The notes under the pieces: generated by a model
Seen by the model: only the letters and a program-made list of their open reading frames with translations
The model's database searches: none
What the model was told of the DNA's origin: nothing
Shown here: piece by piece, positions 25,872 to 37,597 of the stretch
Numbering within the stretch: the first letter of the stretch is position 1
How the letters are laid out: each line of letters begins with the position of its first letter
Program-made: the position numbers and the translations under genes
Assembly: GCF_963921235.1 (NCBI RefSeq)
Contig: NC_086108.1
Location: forward strand, 86,120,001 to 86,184,000
Reading direction: 5' to 3'
Length of the DNA: 64,000 nt
Origin: Mobula hypostoma
Taxonomy: Eukaryota

Positions 25872-28761
25872 TCAAACCCTGCCTCCCATATAAGCCCCCA
25901 CCTTAGATTCCTCCATATACGTGTCTAGTAGTATCTTAAACTTCACTAGTGTATCTGCCTCCACCACTGACTCAGGCAGTGCATTCCACGCACCAACCAC
26001 GCTCTGAGTAAAAAACCTTCCTCTAATATCCCCGTTGAACTTCCCACCCTTTACCTTAAAGCCATGTCCTCTTGTATTGAGCAGTGGTGCACTGGGGAAG
26101 AGGCGCTGGCTATCCACTCTATCTATTCCTCTTATTATCTTGCACACCTCTATCATGTCTCCTCTCATCTTCCTTCTCTCCAAAGAGTAAAGCCCTAGCT
26201 CCCTTAATCTCTGATCATAATGCATACTCTCTAAACCAGGCAGCATCCTGGTAAATCTCCTCTGTACCCTTTCCAATGCTTCCACATCCTTCCTATAGTG
26301 AGGTGACCAGAACTGGACACAGTACTCCAAGTATGGCCTAACCAGAATTTTATAGAGCTGCATCATTACCTTGCGACTCTTAAACTCTATCCCTCGAATT
26401 ATGAAAGCTAACGCCCCATAAGCTTTCTTAACTACCCTATCCACCTGTGAGGCAACTTTCAGGGATCTGTGGACATGTACCCTGAGATCCCTCTGCTCCT
26501 CCACACTACCAAGTATCCTGCCATTTACTTTGTACTCTGACTTGGAGTTTGTCCTTCCAAAGTGTACCACCTCACACTTCTCCGCGTTGAACTCCATCTG
26601 CCACTTCTCAGCCCACTTCTGCATCCTATCAATATCTCTCCACAATCTTTGACAATCCTCTACACTATCTACAACACCACCAACCTTTGTGTTGTCTGTA
26701 AACTTGCCAACCCACCCTTCTACCCCCACATCCAGATCGTTAATAAAAATCACGAAAAGTAGAGGTCCCAGAGCAGATCCTTGTGAGACACTACTAGTCA
26801 CAATCCTCCAATCTGAATGTACTCCCTCCACCACCACCCTGTGCCTTCTGCAGGCAAGCCAATTCTGAATCCACCTGGCCAAACTTCCCTGCATCCCATG
26901 CCTTCTAACTTTCTGAATAAGCCTATCATGTGGAACCTTGTCAAATGCCTTACTAAAATCCATATAGATCACATCCACTGCACTACCCTCATCTATATGC
27001 CTGGTCACCTCCTCAAAGAACTCTATAAGGCTTGTTAGACACGATCTGCCCTTCACAAAGCCATGCTGACGGTCCCTGATCAGACCATAATTCTCTAAAT
27101 GCCTATAGATCCTATCTCTAAGAATCTTTTCCAACAGTTTTCCCACCACAGACGTAAGGCTCACTGGTCTATAATTACCTGGACTATCCCTACTACCTTT
27201 TTTGAACAAGGGAACAACATTCGCCTCCCTCCAATACTCCGGTACCATTCCCGTGGACAACGAGGGCATAAAGATCCTAGCCAGAGGCTCAGCAATCTCT
27301 TCTCTCGTCTCGTGGAGCAGCCTGGGAATATTCCGTCAGGCCCCGGGGACTTATCTGTCCTAATGTATTTTAACAACTCCAACACCTCCTCTCCCTTAAT
27401 ATCAACATGCTCCAGAACATCAACCTCACTCATATTGTCCTCACCATCATCAAGCTCCCCCTCATTGGTGAATACCGAAGAGAAGTATTCATTAAGGACC
27501 TCGCTCACTTCCACAGCCTCCAGGCAGATCTTCCCACCTTTATCTCTAATCGGTCCTACCTTCACTCCTGTCATCCTTTTTTCCTTTATATAATTGAAGA
27601 ATGCCTTGGGGTTTTCCTTTACCCTACTTGCCAAGGCCTTCTCATGCCCGCTTCTTGCTCTTGTCAGCCCCTTCTTAAGCTCCTTTCTTGCTTCCCTATA
27701 TTCCTCAATAGACCCATCTGATCCCTGCTTCCTAAACCTCATGCATGCTGCCTTCTTCCACCTGACTAGATTTTCCACCTCACTTGTCACCCATGGTTCC
27801 TTCACCCTACCATTCTTTATCTTCCTCACCGGGACAAATTTATCCCTTACATCCCGCAAGAGATCTCTAAACATCGACCACATGTCCATAGTACATTTCC
27901 CTGCAAAAACATCATCCCAATTCACACCCGCAAGTTCTAGCCTTATAGCCTCATAATTTGCCTTTCCTCAATTAAAAATTTTCCAGTCCTCTTTGATTCT
28001 ATCCTTTTCCATAATAATTATAAAGGCCAGGGAGTGGTGGTCACTGTCCCACAGATGCTCACCACTGAGAGATCTGTGACCTGACCCGGTTCATTACCTA
28101 GTACTAGATCTAGTATGGCATTCCCCCTGGTCGGCCTGTCCACATACTGTGACAGGAATCCATCCTGGACACACTTAACAAACTCTGCCCCGTCTAAACC
28201 CTTGGAACTAATCAGGTGCCAATCAATATTAGGGAAGTTAAAGTCACCCATGATAACAACCCTGTTATTTTTGCACCTTTCCAAAATCTGCCTCCCAATC
28301 TGCTCCTCTGTATCTCTGCTGCTACCAGGGGGCCTATAGAATACCCCCAGTAGAGTAACTGCTCCCTTCCTGTTCCTGACTTCCACCCATATTGACTCAA
28401 AAGAGGATCCTGCTACATTACCCACCCTTTCTGTAGCTGTAATAGTATCCCTGACCAGTAATGCCACCCCTGCTCCCCCTTTTCCGCCCTCTCTATCCCT
28501 TTTAAAGCACTGAAATCCAGGAATATTGAGAATCCATTCCTGCCCTGGTGCCAGCCAAGTCTCTGTAATGGCCACTACATCATAATTCCATGTATGTATC
28601 CAAGCTGTCAGTTCATCACCTTTGTTCCTGATGCTTCTTGCATTGAGGTACACACATTTCAGCCCTTCTACCTTACTGTCTTTACACCGTTTATTCTGCT
28701 TCTCTTTCCTCAAAGCCTCTCTGTATGTTAGATCTGGCTTTACTCCATGCACTTCTTTCAC
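25872..28761 (-). pseudogene. CR1 ORF2 (APE endonuclease plus reverse transcriptase), frameshifted
   Basis: ORFs 28018-28761 (YLNARSIRNK, ITETWL, MGDFNFP), 27161-27925 (linker) and 25872-27269 (YMDFSKAFDKVPH, QGSALGP). The catalytic F/YADD motif reads FTDN. Confidence 0.92.
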
Positions 28762-28796
28762 TGCTCTATTGCTCTGGGTCCCATCCCCCTCGCAAA

Positions 28797-29090
28797 TTAG
28801 TTTAAACCCTCCCGAACCATGCTAACAAACCTACCTGCAAGGATATTGCTCCCCCTCGAGTTCAGGTGCAACCCATCCAATCTGTACAGGTCCCACCTTC
28901 CCCAGAAGAGATCCCAATGATCTAAAAATCTAAAACCCTGCTCCCTGCACCAACTCCTCAGCCACGCATTCAACTGCCATCTCCTCCAATTCTTACCATC
29001 ACTGTCACGTAGCACTGACAGCAATCCTGAGAACGTCACCCTTGAGGTCCTGTTCTTCAGCCTTCTGCCTAATTCCTGAAACTCGCACTT
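28797..29090 (-). pseudogene. CR1 ORF1 C-terminal SGNH/GDSL esterase domain fragment
   Basis: LNAWLRSWCREQGFRFLDHWDLFWGRWDLYRLDGLHLN contains the DxxH block. Esterase ORF1 is established for fish CR1/L2-group elements. Confidence 0.8.
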
Positions 29091-29849
29091 CCATTGAGCA
29101 GAAAGTACTAATTCCCGAAACCGTGTACCACCAGGTTCTACTCTGTTGTTACAAGTCTATTAAATAGTTCCCTAGTACCATAAGTTGGGCTCTTGACCTC
29201 ACAATCCACCTCATGATCTTCCACCTTATTTTTTTCTTACTTGCATTGCACTTTCTCTGTAGCTGTTACACTTTATTCTATATTGTTATTGTTTTCTTTT
29301 GTCCTGCCTCAGTGCACTGTGTAATGATCTGATTTATGTGAACAGTATGCAAGGAAAGTTTTTCGTTGCACCTCGGTTACATGTGGCAAGAATACAACAA
29401 TTCCATTTCCAGTTCCAATACATGTGACAACAGTAAACCAATCTGTTCTAACTAATCCATTAGGGCCTGTAGGAGGAGAAAGGCATAAAAGGAATCAAGG
29501 GACATAGAAGAGAATGGAATTGGAATTAGAAATGTGCAGTGCAGGTAAATAATAAGGTACAAGACCATATGAGGAAGATTGGGAGGCCAAGAGTCCATCT
29601 TATCACAGTCTCTAATTTCTTATAACAGTGAAGTAGAAGATTTCCTTGAGCCTGATGGTATGTACTTTTATTTCATAAGATATTGAGCTTACATAAACTA
29701 ATCAGTAATGTTAATGCAGTGAATAAAACAAGACCCTTGCCTACACTTACCCTTTTAACAAAGGTTAGCTACCTCATTCAAATGAATTGGGCCCAAGTTT
29801 GTTTGGGGTAGCATGGCAGTAAGATTAAAAAATGTTCCTGGGCTTGGTG

Positions 29850-30478
29850 TTTTTTTTTAGATTATGGGGACACGCAGTCCTCTTCTATTGTCATTTAGTA
29901 ATGCATGCATTAAGAAGTGATACAATATTCCTCCAGTGTGATGTCACAGAAACACAGGACAGACCAAGACTGAAAAACTGACAAAAACCACATATTTGTA
30001 ACATATAGTTACAACAGTGCAAGCAATACCATAATTTGATGAAGAGGCCGTGAGCACGGTAAAAAGTTCAAAGTCTCTCGAAAGTCCCACATCTCACGCA
30101 GATGGGAGAAGGAAGAACACTCTCCCTGCCGTACCCGACCACAGTCCGACTCTGAGTCGTCCGAAAACTTCGAGCTCCGACCAGCCCTCCAACACCGAGC
30201 ACCGAGCACCATCTCTGCCGAATGCTTCGACCCCAGCCCCGGTCTCCAGCAGCAGGCAAAGTCGAGGATTTTGGGGCCTTCCCTCCGGAGATACTCGATC
30301 GTACAGTAGCAGTGGCAGCGAATCAGGCATTTCAGAATTTACTCCAGATGTTCCTCCGTGCTCTCACAGCTGTCTCCATCAAATCAGAATTGTGCATGGC
30401 CCCCTATTTAACAGATATGATATCATTTCACCGGAGAGGCTACGCGCGCTGCATCGCGCCGCCATCTTCTCCTCCCTC
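29850..30478 (-). mobile_element. Young CpG-rich non-autonomous retroposon with AAGATGGCGGC head (copy F, distinct subfamily)
   Basis: Minus strand starts GGAGGAGAAGATGGCGGCGCGATGC, is CpG-rich, has no credible ORF, and ends ..GTCCCCATAATCT-A9. Confidence 0.65.
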
Positions 30479-30800
30479 TTTCCTGCGGTCAGGAAACGAA
30501 CAAGGGGTTCAAAGGGACTTCAGTTCATCCTATACTTCCACATTATATTCTTATAGAACCAACCTCTTGCCATTGTCATGGTCTTGCTCAACAGAGTTTG
30601 TTTATGTTTCTAGTGTCCTGACAATAATCACAAACCAAAGAGTTAAACCAGGTTGGAATATATTTGCAGGATGTGTCCTGAGTCACAGGTACCTGAATTT
30701 CTTCTTGCTGGAATAGTGATCCCTAAATTTTAAGACAGGCTTCTGATAGGAATCTTTCTCTTTGAATAGAATTTTGGAAAAATGGTTAGAGATAAGGTTT

Positions 30801-31046
30801 ACAACAGGAATTCTGCAGATGCTGGAAATTCAAGCAACACACATCAAAGTTGCTGGTGAACGCAGCAGGCCAAGCAGCATCTGTAGGAAGAGGTGCAGTC
30901 GACGTTTCAGGCCGAGACCCTTCGTCAGGACTAACTGAAGGAAGAGTGAGTAAGAGATTTGAAAGTTGGAAGGGGAGGGGGAGATCCAAAATGATAGGAG
31001 AAGACAGGAGGGGGAGGGATGGAGCCAAGAGCTGGACAGGTGATAG
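30801..31046 (-). mobile_element. 246-bp Penelope terminal-repeat-only insertion
   Basis: 12-bp TSD GAGATAAGGTTT at 30789-30800 and 31047-31058. Most of it is the near-identical reverse complement of 61745-61955. Confidence 0.9.
30897..30932 (-). ncRNA. Minimal type I hammerhead ribozyme motif, intact core
   Basis: Minus strand reads AGUC-CUGACGA-AGGGUCUCGGCCU-GAAAC-GUC^GACU: full CUGANGA/GAAA core, GUC triplet, stem I AGUC/GACU, stem II hairpin, loopless palindromic stem III. Confidence 0.85.
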
Positions 31047-33136
31047 GAGATAAGGTTTGGTATATTTGTATGAAGCACACAGTATAACAACTGAGAGTCT
31101 ATTCTTCAATGATCTCACTTTTCAAAATGAACACACAGCTGAAAAAGACATAACAGTCTGAGGAGGCTTTTGGAGTCTTTCTTATTTCCATTAGAATGGT
31201 ACCTATAGACACAGAAATATTCACAAATACAGATAAATGGAGATGTGCACTGAAATAATAACAATTGCAGAAATCTTCTGTATTCTGGCCATGACTTCAT
31301 ATTGTCAATATTTTCGCTAGCAACAGCAGATAAAGATTCATGAATAAAAAAGACCAAAGGCTCCTCATAATAAGGACAGAGCCATTCACCAAACTCAGAA
31401 AGCACAATATGCTTAAGTAGATAACAGCGTTTCATTTTATAGTTCAAAGGATTATACATGACTGTTCCGCAAATTTAAAACTAAAACAGAAGCAGACGGA
31501 ACTGTCTCTATTGTTGCTGCAAATTTGCTTATTTAAGGTTTGAAATATTTCTGCAGATTAAATAAGCTGCCCTCCTTCCATCTTCATAACTGACCCTGCT
31601 CTGCACCCCCAATCAAGAATTTTTAGTCCCAAATTAATTCATTATGAAATGAAATGGAAATTCTTTGTTTTCCTTTCGCACATTTGGGTCTTGGATTCCA
31701 CCCCATAACCTTCCTGGATTTTCCCAAATGTAAAAAAGAAAATGCAGCCAGCCAGCACTGCACTTCTAAGCAACGATTTGTGCTGTTTGGGTTAGGGAGT
31801 AATGTTGGAAAGGGGAGAAGGAAACAGCTGGCTAAGTTGTTGCATTATTTGTTGGAGATTTGAGTAGGAGCTGAGAAAAAGGAGAAAAGGAATTAATATA
31901 TGATCTAATATCCACTCATTCCTTCCCCTCTACTTAAGTGCTCAACAAGCAGGCCTTTGCTAGCCCTTTTTTTAAACAGCATCTGAGGAACTTAATGCCA
32001 TATCCCAATCCTGCATCTACCTGAAACCTAGCAGTAATAATTTGCTGGCAAGAGGAGTCTGTGTGTCACCTAAAACTTTTGTCAGCATATGTCCTCCTCG
32101 CTCAAAGACAGCTGATATGTAGTGTATCATTCAAAAGGATGACAGGCAAAAGTATTTAGACAGTTATTGCAAATACCCCTTAACCTGAATTATTTTGTTG
32201 TGTAGCTTGTGTATTGACCTTGTTTGAGTGTGTATTTCATTCGTCATTCGCCAGATTGATCTGTAGAACATTGCTATTCTGAAAGCCAAGATCTTTCCGT
32301 AATGGAACTGCCTCACAAATACTGTACATTAATTCCTTTTCAATCAGAGCTTTGCAAGTATTGTTTTTGAAGCTCTTAACTATATAACCAACCTCCTACC
32401 TTTATTTAACAAGTAATAGTGGCAGGAGTAGGCAATTTACTCTCTCATGCCAGGTCTGTTGTTCAGTAAGTTCCTGGAAGATCATTTACCTCAGTACTAG
32501 TTTCCCATACAAACCTCAGATTCCTTAGTTCCCTTAACGTCTAGGAATCTGTTGACCTATTGATCTTCAGAAAGGATATATTCAGTAATGAAGGCCCCAT
32601 TGTCCTTATGGACAGAAAATACTGAAAATTCTCCATCCTCTTGGTGAGAAAAGTTCCTTCTTATCGTAATCCAATTTGACTGACCCTTACTTTGAAACCG
32701 TTCTCTGGTTCTTGAGGGGGCATATCTTTCCTGAAATGACCCTGCTAAGCCCCATTTAAATTTTGCACATTTCAGTGAGGTAATTTCTAAGTCCTATGGG
32801 AAGAATTAAAAAAATCATGTACTTTGATAAGTCAATTCCTGTTATAGTTAGGAATCATCCTGTCTTTCATTGCCAATCTTGAACCACCAGTATTCACAAG
32901 AGGGTTCAGTACAGACTAAATAATCTTTTTGTCATTAACAGTGAAATTGTTACTATTCTTTGTAATCCAATATCTACTGCAACAGTCATTGGAACATACA
33001 ACTTTAACTGAACTTACTAACAATTTAAATAATTCTTATCATTTGCTGTCACAATCAATATGCCTGTTCCTCAAAATTTTTGCACTTGAGTTGTCTGTGT
33101 TTGTAAATTACTTCACAATCACTATACCCACTTTCT

Positions 33137-33985
33137 CATAAGCCTGTAAGGCATAGGAGCAGAATTAGGCCATTCAACCCATCAAGTTTGCTCTGCCATT
33201 CGATCACAGTTAGTTTATTATTCCTCTCAACCCCATTCTCCTGCTTTCTGCCCATACCTTTGATGCTCTTACTAATGAAGAACCTAGCAACCTCCGCTTT
33301 AAATATCTGCAATGACTTGGCCTCCATGGTTGTCTGCAGCAACTAATTCCACAAACTCATCGCCTTCTGGCTAAGAGAACTCCTTCTTACCTCTGTTCTA
33401 AAGGGATGTCCTTCTATTCTGAGGCTGTGCTCTCTGGTTCTAGGGTTGCCCACTATAGGAAACATCCTCTCCACATCTACTCTATCTGGGCCATTCAAAA
33501 ATCAATAAGTTCCAATGAGATTCCCCCCATTCTTCTAAGTGCCAATGAGTACAGGTTCAGAGCCATTAACACCTCCTACATTAACCATTTAATTCCCAGG
33601 ATCATTCTCACGAACCTCCTCTCCAACGCCAGCATATCCTTTCTTAGAAAAAGGGGCCCAGGGTCGGCTGGTGGTGCAACGACATCGGCGCCGGACCCGG
33701 GAGCAGAGGTTTCTGGGTTTGAAACCAGTGGGGTCCACTCCTGAGTAGGCTTTCCATCCGTGCCGGGTTGAGTGTCGAGATCGCAACTCGACCTTGTAAA
33801 ATAAAGGGAAAATACTGTGAAAATGTCTGTGTGAGGAGTGACGTATCACAGTCTCTCTCTCTCTCTCGTTCCGTGCCTTGTAAGAGTCATGAAAAAGACA
33901 TCATCACAGACGCACGCACAGACTCGCACGCACGCAGGCACACGCAAAAAAAGAAGGAAAAGGGGCCCAAGACTGCTCACAACAC
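33137..33985 (-). mobile_element. CR1 3' fragment hosting a SINE
   Basis: EAKSLQIFKAEVARFFISK and WAPF motifs; CR1 hairpin tail near 33140-33190. Confidence 0.85.
33661..33957 (+). mobile_element. tRNA-derived SINE, A-rich tail, young
   Basis: A-box-like TGGTGCAACGAC and B-box-like GGTTTGAAACC. (CGCA)n and A-rich tail. 12-bp TSD AAAAGGGGCCCA at 33649-33660 and 33958-33969. Confidence 0.85.
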
Positions 33986-35307
33986 CCACTACAAATGCAT
34001 ACCCATTTCACCCATTCACTCTGATCATACTTTTCCATTCCTGATATAGTTTTGAAGTACTTGTAAATTAAAGTCACCAATGCAAATTTCCAGTGTACAA
34101 ATGCACACCCACACTGGAATTTGGACCCCACATTTAATACATGCATCATTCTGAATGTACTACTTCATGGGCTCAGCCCTCATTATTTACCCTGCTAATG
34201 CTATCCCTTCTTTTTCGGTTTGTGCAGTTGCCAACATCTTTTGCCCCAGCAATGGGAAACTGAGGAAAGTTTTTTCAACTAAAGGCTGCCTTCAGTGTAG
34301 AGTGTACAGCCCCTCCATAAACGGTTGAGGAGATTGTAGAGCCAGGTATTCTCACTACATTTTGGAAGCATCTGGATCAGCATCTGAATCACCAAGGCAT
34401 AGTAGGTAATGGACCAAGTGCTGGTAGATGAGAAGGCGTAGACATAATGTGCCAAAGGGCCTATTTCTGTGCTATTTGACTACATTATTAGCAATGTCCT
34501 CAGGCAGCTAGATCCACAACCTCTGTAACCTTTAGACCTCTCCTATACTGATTTGACAGCTATGTTCTAATGGCTCTTTTGAGAATCCTCTTTGGTGATT
34601 TATTTCCACATAAAGAGTGAATATGAAAGAAAATTGTTACTTCAGCCTGTGATTTTCGTGAAATAGGGGCTTGTGCATAGCTACTTTTTTGAAATAAAAA
34701 TCACCCTGCTGTCCTGCATCTGTAGAAATATTCATTTAACACTCCTTAAGCTATTGATGGGACATAACACATTAACATTAAAAATGTTTTTTAGTCCAGC
34801 TGTGAAATCTGTAAATTGTACTTGAAACATCTGAGCGACAATTAAGGAAATTACATTTTACCAAATGGTTGTTGCATTTGCTCAGTCCATGCTGGAATGT
34901 TGGACCAGAGCCTCCCTGGGAATGTATTAAGCCCGTAACGGCTACTCGAACAAACTAGCATTGCTCAGAAACTGAGTGGTGGGGGGTTAATCCTGTATGA
35001 CATGCCTTCCAATCTAATCCAATAACAAGGCTCCAAAGTCAAAGAATGCATTCCATCTCTTATTAAGAAACTTGCAAAACAACCCATCTTGAAGCAATAA
35101 AACAAATGAAACTAAAAACCAGTGATATAATAAAAATAAACCGTGTATTAAATGTACTTAAGCTTTCTTCAATGTAATTAAGTTTGATTAAACTAGCTTA
35201 AGTGGACATAAGCAATTTTAAATGTAATCAAGCAGTCAATAAAAAAGATATCACCCCTCAGCTCACTCCCTTATTTCGAATGAACTAAAGTCAAAAGCCT
35301 GAATACG

Positions 35308-35860
35308 TAAGGAAGCTCAAACCACATCTTATGTGAATCAAAGATGATCTGGGATTCAGGATGGCTGACATTTACAGGATACCTTCTGAATGCAGAGCAG
35401 TGTATATCAGCCAGATAGGATGCACAGTGGAAACCCACACCAAGGAGCATTGGAAGTGTGTCTGCTTGGGATACCCGGAGAAATTGGCGGTAGCAGAACA
35501 TTGCATTCGCAATGGCTATAGGATTGACTTCGATGGCACGAAACTACTGTGCCATGCCAATGGCTTTTGGGACCGCCTGGTAAATGAAGCCATTGAAATG
35601 AAACTAGGGGAAAATAATTTTAACAAAGACGAAGGTCTCACTCTAAGTAAGAATTGGAATTCGATTGTAAATAAGGTGGGATAGCAGAAACATGATTGGA
35701 TGAGGACTAACCATTCAGGAGAGATGGGCGACGGGGGTATAAATACCATTAGACTAGACACGTCAAGGCATCATTCCTGATGAAGATGGCAAAGTTCGTT
35801 ATTGAAAAGTCGGTTGAAATCAATACCTGTACCCAGCTGGAAGCCTGAGAAGAGTTTATA
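35308..35860 (+). mobile_element. Penelope-like element 3' fragment (second family): GIY-YIG endonuclease plus terminal repeat with hammerhead motif
   Basis: ORF 35361-35684 reads DIYRIPSECRAVYISQIG..KEH..AVAEH..EAIEMK..NNFNKDEG. Motif CTGATGA-AGATGGCAAAGTTCGTTATT-GAAAAGTC at 35777-35811. Confidence 0.85.
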
Positions 35861-36624
35861 AGTTAACTAACAATTTACGAAGCATTGCTGATGGGGTGGA
35901 GATTTGGGGGCACATATAAACACACACATAAGCGTCCAGTACAGTTCACTGCATAAGCCATAGACACAACAGTGAAGCTCAAAGGCATTTATAATGCTCA
36001 AGAATTACACATCAGCAGTGCCAATTTCTGACCGTGTATTTTTGCTAAGGAGCTTTATGATCATCTGGAGTTGAAGCTGATCTCAAAATCTTGGGACGTT
36101 TGCGCTGCAGAAGTGCTGCCTCTTGGCTGTCACAGTCTCTGTTTTACATGGCAGCACATGTTCCTTCTGATGGAGTTTGAAATAAAGGGAAATATATCAG
36201 TGAAGCTCACCAGTCCACAACCTTTCATTTTTATGTTGTTTTCACAAGTGTTTATTGAATACATGTATCACACAGTTCGAAAGTTCAGTTAACTGCAACA
36301 ATGTGATATAAGTTATAAAGACAATTTATAAAATTTCATTGAATGGTTCATTAAATTTAGATCTGACAGCAGAATATAAATGTATTTCAATGGAGATTGT
36401 AACACAGGAGCACCAAAGTACAGAAAATAGGAGCAGGTATCAGACTTTTGGCCCTTACACTCTGCGACCCCATTCTACGTTATCATCTAAACTGAATACC
36501 CTGTCCTTACTTTCTCCCTATATGCCTCGATCGCTTTAGCCACAGGGACTACACATAACTCTTTCTTTATTGTGTCTAATGACTTGGTTTCAACTCACTT
36601 CTGTAGTAGAGTATTCCGCAGTTC

Positions 36625-36905
36625 AGCATCGGGGACATCTTCATTTGTTGATGCCTCAGGAAGGCGGCATCTATCATTAAGAGGTGTCACCATCCACGAC
36701 CTGTTCTCATTGCTACCATTGGAGAGGAGGTATAGGAGCCTGAAGACACACACTCAATGTTGTTGGAACAACTTCTTCCCCTCCACCATCAGATTTCTGA
36801 AACAACCATGAACGCATAAGCTTTTTGCTCTCTTTTTGCAATATTTTTGTGTAATTTTTACTTATAGTAATTTTTTATGGGTGATAATAAAGCTGATTCT
36901 GATTC
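36625..36905 (+). mobile_element. Rex1/Babar 3' fragment within a degraded minus-strand CR1 tail
   Basis: HDLFSLLPLERRYRSLKTHTQCCWNNFFPSTIRFL; tail GATAATAAAGCTGATTCTGATTC. Confidence 0.75.
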
Positions 36906-37597
36906 AGACTGCTGCTTCAATAATTCTCCTCTCAATCTTACATGATTTGACTCTTATCCTCAGATTGCAATCCTATTCCTAGACTCCCTGACTGTTGAAC
37001 ACATCATGCTGGAGTCTGGCGTTGAAGGTACAATTGTTATCAGGAATAGGGGACTTAATAGAAAAATAAATTCCTTTCCAAGCTTCCGAACACAATAACA
37101 ATGAAGATCACAAATGTATGTAAAAGTTAAGTAGCAACTAGTGGTATTCCCAGCTGCATTTTGATCACATCTGTTCACTATCATTACAAAGGAAAAATGT
37201 TCATTCTTTAAAAAGTGTACTTAAACCTTGGCTCAGTATTCAATGGAAGTGTGTGTAATCAAAAGCTTTCTGGAAAAGTGAAATTGAAAATGAAGTTTCA
37301 AAAGGCACATATTTAATCTAGTGATGTTTTTGTCTTTGTTAGTCTGTTCTAGTACTTATAATAACCTTCATAGACTAAAGCTGAATAATGAAGCATTCAG
37401 CAGTAAAATAGAAAAATAATTATGCAGAATAAGAATATGAGTATTTTACTACATCCTACATTATTGAGACTTTCAGAGTGGGCATTCTTTAATCTAATCA
37501 CCAGTCCAAACCTGTAATCAGTTGATGCAACCATACTGACCATTGATAATTCGTTATTTGCTCCTGATAGGCAATCCCACAACATTATAAGCACAGG

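Larger units (their letters stand above)
25803..29090 (-). mobile_element. Young 5'-truncated CR1 LINE (ORF1 esterase end plus near-complete ORF2)
   Basis: Tail (TATGTTC)n at 25803-25820, three long ORF2 frames, and ORF1 C-terminus with a DGLH motif. Confidence 0.95.
23565..29420 (+). mobile_element. Rex1/Babar 3' fragment split into four pieces (about 23565-23591, 24385-24538, 25630-25802, 29091-29420)
   Basis: The pieces read in order as Rex1 RT C-terminus: ESFKFL / G.NIT..LSWSN..RFYFLRRLKK..IESI / CSACDHRRLQKV..IKD / TTRF and 3' UTR. Confidence 0.7.

Noticed and set aside
30009..30716. Overlapping ORFs up to 168 aa
   Set aside because: Low-complexity translations from a CpG-rich non-coding repeat.
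31115..31459. 114-aa minus-strand ORF in unique sequence as a host exon
   Set aside because: No recognisable domain, and an in-frame stop follows the best upstream acceptor. The length is compatible with chance.
33661..33735. tRNA gene
   Set aside because: A/B boxes are present but there is no convincing cloverleaf. It continues into a SINE body with tail and TSD.
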